In this document: positions 60,486-64,000 of the stretch, in pieces
Numbering within the stretch: position 1 is the stretch's first letter
Layout: each line of letters starts with the position of its first letter
Assembly (NCBI GenBank): GCA_965140415.1
Contig: OZ223209.1
Location: forward strand, 1,408,001-1,472,000
DNA: 64,000 bases
Reading direction: 5' to 3'
Origin: Myxococcota bacterium
GTDB lineage: Bacteria; Myxococcota_A; SURF-8
Made by a program: the position numbers and the translations under genes
Notes under the pieces: model-generated
Database searches by the model: none
Told to the model about the DNA's origin: nothing
The model's input: only the letters and a program-made list of their open reading frames with translations

Positions 60486-61238
60486 TTACTCGTGTGGCAG
60501 CGCGGCCAATTTGTCGCGATCCTGATTCCATTTGACCCAGTCGTCCTGATCGGAGGCGAGTGTGAAATCGTTCATCGACATCGCGCCGTCGGCAGCTACA
60601 CGGACTTCTTTCATGGCTTTGGCTACCAGCTCTTCCCATTTCTTTTTGGTTACTTGCTGCGGGCCGGGAACCTGTACGCGATCGCCTTTGGCGTCGGCTT
60701 TGCGTTGGTAAATCGGGGCGTTGCTGACGGCCACCGCGCCGGAATATACTTTGATCACCGTAGCTTGATCCTCCATCAGATCGACGCGGAAAACCGTGCC
60801 GCGCACACCGGCGACGGCGTTTTCCGTATTGACCTGGAAGGAGTCGTCCTGGCCAACCAGTTTGTTGACGTTCGCCCAGATTTTGCCCGTCGTTACTTTG
60901 AAATTCATGTTGCGCTTGGTTTTGCCTTCGCCTTTAATCAGGCTTTTCAAGCGCACTTGCGAGGAAGCCGCTACGCGCAACAGTGAACCATCGGGTAACG
61001 TCAGTTCCAGCTTGGAATCTTTGCCGGTACGAACGCAGTAATCCGCGCCCAGTTTGTCGCCTTTGGCAATCGGTTTCCAGTCCGTTTTTCCTGCTGCTTG
61101 CGCTTCGACAGTGCCCTGCATAAAAGAGGCCGTGGCCGTTGGAGCGGCTCCCGCGTTGACGGGCTGGGAAAGCCAGGCAACCATCGCAATACATACAGCC
61201 AATCCGATCAACAGGCTCGTAAATACGTGCTTGTTCAT
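60486..61238 (-). CDS. Secreted FecR-domain protein
   Basis: Signal peptide; VRTGKDSKLELTLPDGSLLRV, GKIW, TENAVAGVRGTVF, VYSGAV. Confidence 0.88.
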   Translation of the reverse strand: MNKHVFTSLLIGLAVCIAMVAWLSQPVNAGAAPTATASFMQGTVEAQAAGKTDWKPIAKGDKLGADYCVRTGKDSKLELTLPDGSLLRVAASSQVRLKSLIKGEGKTKRNMNFKVTTGKIWANVNKLVGQDDSFQVNTENAVAGVRGTVFRVDLMEDQATVIKVYSGAVAVSNAPIYQRKADAKGDRVQVPGPQQVTKKKWEELVAKAMKEVRVAADGAMSMNDFTLASDQDDWVKWNQDRDKLAALPHE

Positions 61239-61271
61239 TTTGTCCTCATCCTTTCCAGATCGGTGCCGGGA

Positions 61272-61592
61272 TCAGTTTTTCGTTAACTTCACCTGTAGCA
61301 CCTGAACCTGTCTCTCCAATTCAATTTCGGTCTTGTAAGGCTTGTAGCCTTCGCGCTCGACGCGAACATTGACTTTCACTCCACCCATGAGCGGATAGCC
61401 CTTGTCCTTGGAGCAGAAATCGCGCGCCATTCCGATTTTCATACCATCGATAAACACCAGCGCATCGTCCGGGTCCGCCTGAATCACCAGGCAACCCACC
61501 CCGCCTTCGGGGCATTTTGGAGAATGTGCGCAACCACAAACGGCGATCAGGAATACAGCCAACAGCGCCAGTACAACTCGATACCGGATCAT
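61272..61592 (-). CDS. PEGA-domain lipoprotein
   Basis: Lipobox VCGC; ADPDDALVFIDG...VRVEREGYKPY. Confidence 0.85.
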   Translation of the reverse strand: MIRYRVVLALLAVFLIAVCGCAHSPKCPEGGVGCLVIQADPDDALVFIDGMKIGMARDFCSKDKGYPLMGGVKVNVRVEREGYKPYKTEIELERQVQVLQVKLTKN

Positions 61593-61627
61593 AGCTCCTT
61601 CTCCTTCCGCCGCGATGGGCGGCGCGC

Positions 61628-62812
61628 CTAGCGCTTGCTGACGCGCAGCTTCAACTGATTCGCGGTCATGTTTTCGACCTGCACCTTGATGCCTTTAAAA
61701 GTTTTCTGGGTTAATTCGCTGGCCAACAGGGCCACTTTTCCGGAGTAATACAAATCGATCTGGGCAGAGTCTTTCATCATCTTGCGCAGACTCACACCCT
61801 TGACGCCGCGTACTTCGTTCTGCAACGCCGACTGCAATTCGTCCAGCATCGGATAGCCGGTCAAGCCGACCACTTCCAGGGTCACGATGGCTGTGGAGTT
61901 CAGCCAGCGATCCACCAGCTTTTTCACGATCTGTTCGGACAGTTTCTTGCCACCCTTGATCAGCGCCTTGTTTCCGGCGGTCGGCGGCGAAATATGCGCC
62001 TCGGCAGCGTGTACGCTGGCGGTCATCAAAATTTCACCATTGTCGGTGTTGATGGCGCGCACGGTGATGTCGCACTGGCCCGATTGCAGCTTGCTGCCTT
62101 GCATGACGGGTCCGGCGTTGGTGGCGATAGCCGTTCCTACCAGTACCACCTGGGCGTTGGTCAGGTTGGCGATTTCCACGGCAGCCTGATTGCTGATACC
62201 GGCGCTGGTGACCTTGTAGGCGTCTTTCATCTGAATCTTGCCAGCCAGCACTTGCGGGTCGACGAAGATAAAGCCTTTAGGCGACAACTGATCGATCAGG
62301 GTGTTTTCCACCTGGCTCATCGAGATCGAGCCGGTGGTGTTACCCCACCAATAGGAGTAGCCACTCTCGCCGATATTCTGCTCGGCGATCAGCACCATCA
62401 GGCGCGGATAATCCTTTTTCGCCAGCGCCCATTCGATTTCATCGAGCGAGCCTTTCAGCTTGGCGGCGGCGACGGTGGCTTCCACTTCCACTTCCATCAC
62501 GCCGTCCACTTCTTTCGCACTCAATTCGCGCCAGCTTTTAACGAAACCTTTGGACTGGCTGAAGATCTTGTCTTCGACCGTGATGTAGTTCTCCACCAGC
62601 GTGGAAGATTTAACGTACGTTCCCACGACCTGCTCGACCGCGTTACGCAGCGCTTGCTCAATGGCCTTTTCCTTGGCGGTGGATTTGTCGTTCTGGAAAA
62701 TGGCGGCTTCGCCTTTAACCACGACCTTTTTCTCGTCCGCCGCCGCAGCCGTGCCCAGGCTATATACCAGCGCCAGGGCCAATACGAGGACGCTGAACAG
62801 AATCTTTTTCAT
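61628..62812 (-). CDS. Secreted protein with FlgT N-terminal-like domain and CsgG/TolB-N-like middle domain
   Basis: Signal peptide; GEAAI...AKEKAIEQALRNAVEQVVGTYVKS, KGFV, VEATV; PRLMVLIAEQN; VRAINTDNGEIL. Confidence 0.7.
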   Translation of the reverse strand: MKKILFSVLVLALALVYSLGTAAAADEKKVVVKGEAAIFQNDKSTAKEKAIEQALRNAVEQVVGTYVKSSTLVENYITVEDKIFSQSKGFVKSWRELSAKEVDGVMEVEVEATVAAAKLKGSLDEIEWALAKKDYPRLMVLIAEQNIGESGYSYWWGNTTGSISMSQVENTLIDQLSPKGFIFVDPQVLAGKIQMKDAYKVTSAGISNQAAVEIANLTNAQVVLVGTAIATNAGPVMQGSKLQSGQCDITVRAINTDNGEILMTASVHAAEAHISPPTAGNKALIKGGKKLSEQIVKKLVDRWLNSTAIVTLEVVGLTGYPMLDELQSALQNEVRGVKGVSLRKMMKDSAQIDLYYSGKVALLASELTQKTFKGIKVQVENMTANQLKLRVSKR

Positions 62813-62856
62813 GTTAGTTCTCCTTCTTCTCTATCGCTTGGATCCTAGATCCGTCC

Positions 62857-63816
62857 TCAGTCTTTAACGATGATCACACGGCCTTCGCTCAGAATCGGGC
62901 TGGCCTGCGCCAACGTGCGAACTTTTTCGGCGTCGGCATTGGAAATGACCAGATCCACGCTGTTGGGCGAACGCAGCGCAGTAACGACCAGCGGCTTGGC
63001 GGCGACTTTGTTGTCGGCCTTGGCGGCGTCGTTTTCCTTGAAATAGCTGGCGATGCCGTTGTCGATTTTGTCCGAACTCACCATGGTGACGTCGTAAACG
63101 TCCTTGCCGCTTTCATCCAGAATCTTGGGCGCCATCACCGGAATGACCTTAAAGCCCTTGGCCACCACTACCAGCCCGGTCACATCGCTTTTTACCACGG
63201 CTTTTTTCTCTGCCGGAGCGGCGGGAGCCGGGGCGGCAGGAGCCGCAGGAGCGGGTGTCGGGGCGGGAGCAGCCGGTTCCGGCTTGGCTTCTACCTTTGC
63301 AGGTTCTTGTTTTGCTTCGACTTTTGCCGGTTCTGCCGGTTTCGGTTCGGCTTTGGGAGCCGGGGCAGCCGGGGGAGCAAGCTGATCTTTCAAGATCGCC
63401 TGACTCAGTACGCCATCCAGCGGAATACGCAGATCGCGCTGCACGCCGCCGTCGGAGTAGTAGCGCGTTTCCTCTACGATGAAGCCCCGCACCACGCCTT
63501 CCACTTCGGCACGGATGCCGTCGTTGGCCTGCATTTTGTCACCGACCGTCTGCCCGGCGGTGATTTTAACGCCTTTCAGCGCTTCCAGGGCGTTGCGCAA
63601 GGCCGACAATTGAGCGGCTCGTTCCGCGCCCAGTCTGGCCGAAGCGGCGTTGGGGGCCTTCAGATTCGGTGCGCCGTCGCCTGTGAAGACCATTTCTTTT
63701 TTCGTCCAGTTGATCTGGGCGTTGCCTGAAGTCTCGGTTACATCCTCTGCAAATGCCACGTTTGCAAAGAACAGAACCATGAGCAGCAATGCGCCCCATT
63801 GTACGGGATATCTCAT
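62857..63816 (-). CDS. Secreted LPP20/FlgP-like protein with Pro/Ala/Lys-rich linker
   Basis: Signal peptide; INWT...TGDGAP, ARLGAERAAQLSALRNALEALKGV, VEGVVRG; C-domain TGLVVVAKG...PKILDESG, GRVIIV; GGAGG RBS. Confidence 0.7.
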   Translation of the reverse strand: MRYPVQWGALLLMVLFFANVAFAEDVTETSGNAQINWTKKEMVFTGDGAPNLKAPNAASARLGAERAAQLSALRNALEALKGVKITAGQTVGDKMQANDGIRAEVEGVVRGFIVEETRYYSDGGVQRDLRIPLDGVLSQAILKDQLAPPAAPAPKAEPKPAEPAKVEAKQEPAKVEAKPEPAAPAPTPAPAAPAAPAPAAPAEKKAVVKSDVTGLVVVAKGFKVIPVMAPKILDESGKDVYDVTMVSSDKIDNGIASYFKENDAAKADNKVAAKPLVVTALRSPNSVDLVISNADAEKVRTLAQASPILSEGRVIIVKD

Positions 63817-63907
63817 GGAATGCCTCCCTCCTCGTCAATCAAACCCGTTACTTTAAAAATCCTGGTTTTCGTCCCTAAAAACCGAAATATTTTAACCAGA
63901 TAGCTTG

Positions 63908-63936
63908 ACGGTATCATTCAGTTGCGGGACTGTCAA
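63908..63936 (-). promoter_or_regulatory. Sigma-70 promoter of the LPP20/FlgT-like operon, within an inverted repeat
   Basis: Minus strand TTGACA-17-TACCGT; flanked by GCTTGAC (63903-09) / GTCAAGC (63932-38). Confidence 0.5.
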
Positions 63937-64000
63937 GCGCTTTGTCCCATCCATATCTCGTCCGATTGTCATCCCCCCACCCCGATTATGGGGCTCTGCC

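Overview
Bacterial chromosomal window, densely coding (about 55 CDS, one tRNA). I found no transposase, integrase, CRISPR array or rRNA. The gene repertoire points to a former-'deltaproteobacterium', probably Myxococcota-like (inference): a MYXO-CTERM-like surface protein, pilA with pilGHI/xap-like genes under a sigma-54 promoter, and DUF374-waaA-lpxK-lpxL. Left part (1-17 kb): accessory hydrolases and lipoproteins, MlaD, a deacetylase-methyltransferase fusion, a WD40 lipoprotein and a 2025-aa LVIVD/Cys-rich surface protein with five 180-bp tandem repeats. Middle (17-37 kb): housekeeping genes (rlmD, prmA, M16 peptidase, aspS, lipid A genes, SUA5/YciO, queA, tgt, Zn-ribbon protein, tRNA-Ile2) plus a REP doublet. 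36.9-47.3 kb: three ferritin-superfamily genes divergent from siroheme biosynthesis genes and a reductive-type dissimilatory sulfite reductase module in the unusual order dsrD | dsrA-dsrB-dsrN-TPR-dsrC; DsrAB lack the segments typical of classical deltaproteobacterial enzymes. Right part: Mrp/ApbC, type IV pilin locus, guaBA, a hybrid histidine kinase, and an uncharacterised four-gene envelope operon (LPP20/FlgP-like, FlgT-like, PEGA lipoprotein, FecR-domain) outside any flagellar context. Best candidates for undescribed biology: the dsr module and its regulation in this host, the FlgP/FlgT-like operon, and a shared acidic 'DGD' linker next to the membrane anchor of several unrelated surface proteins. 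All family calls are from motif recognition by eye, not database searches.
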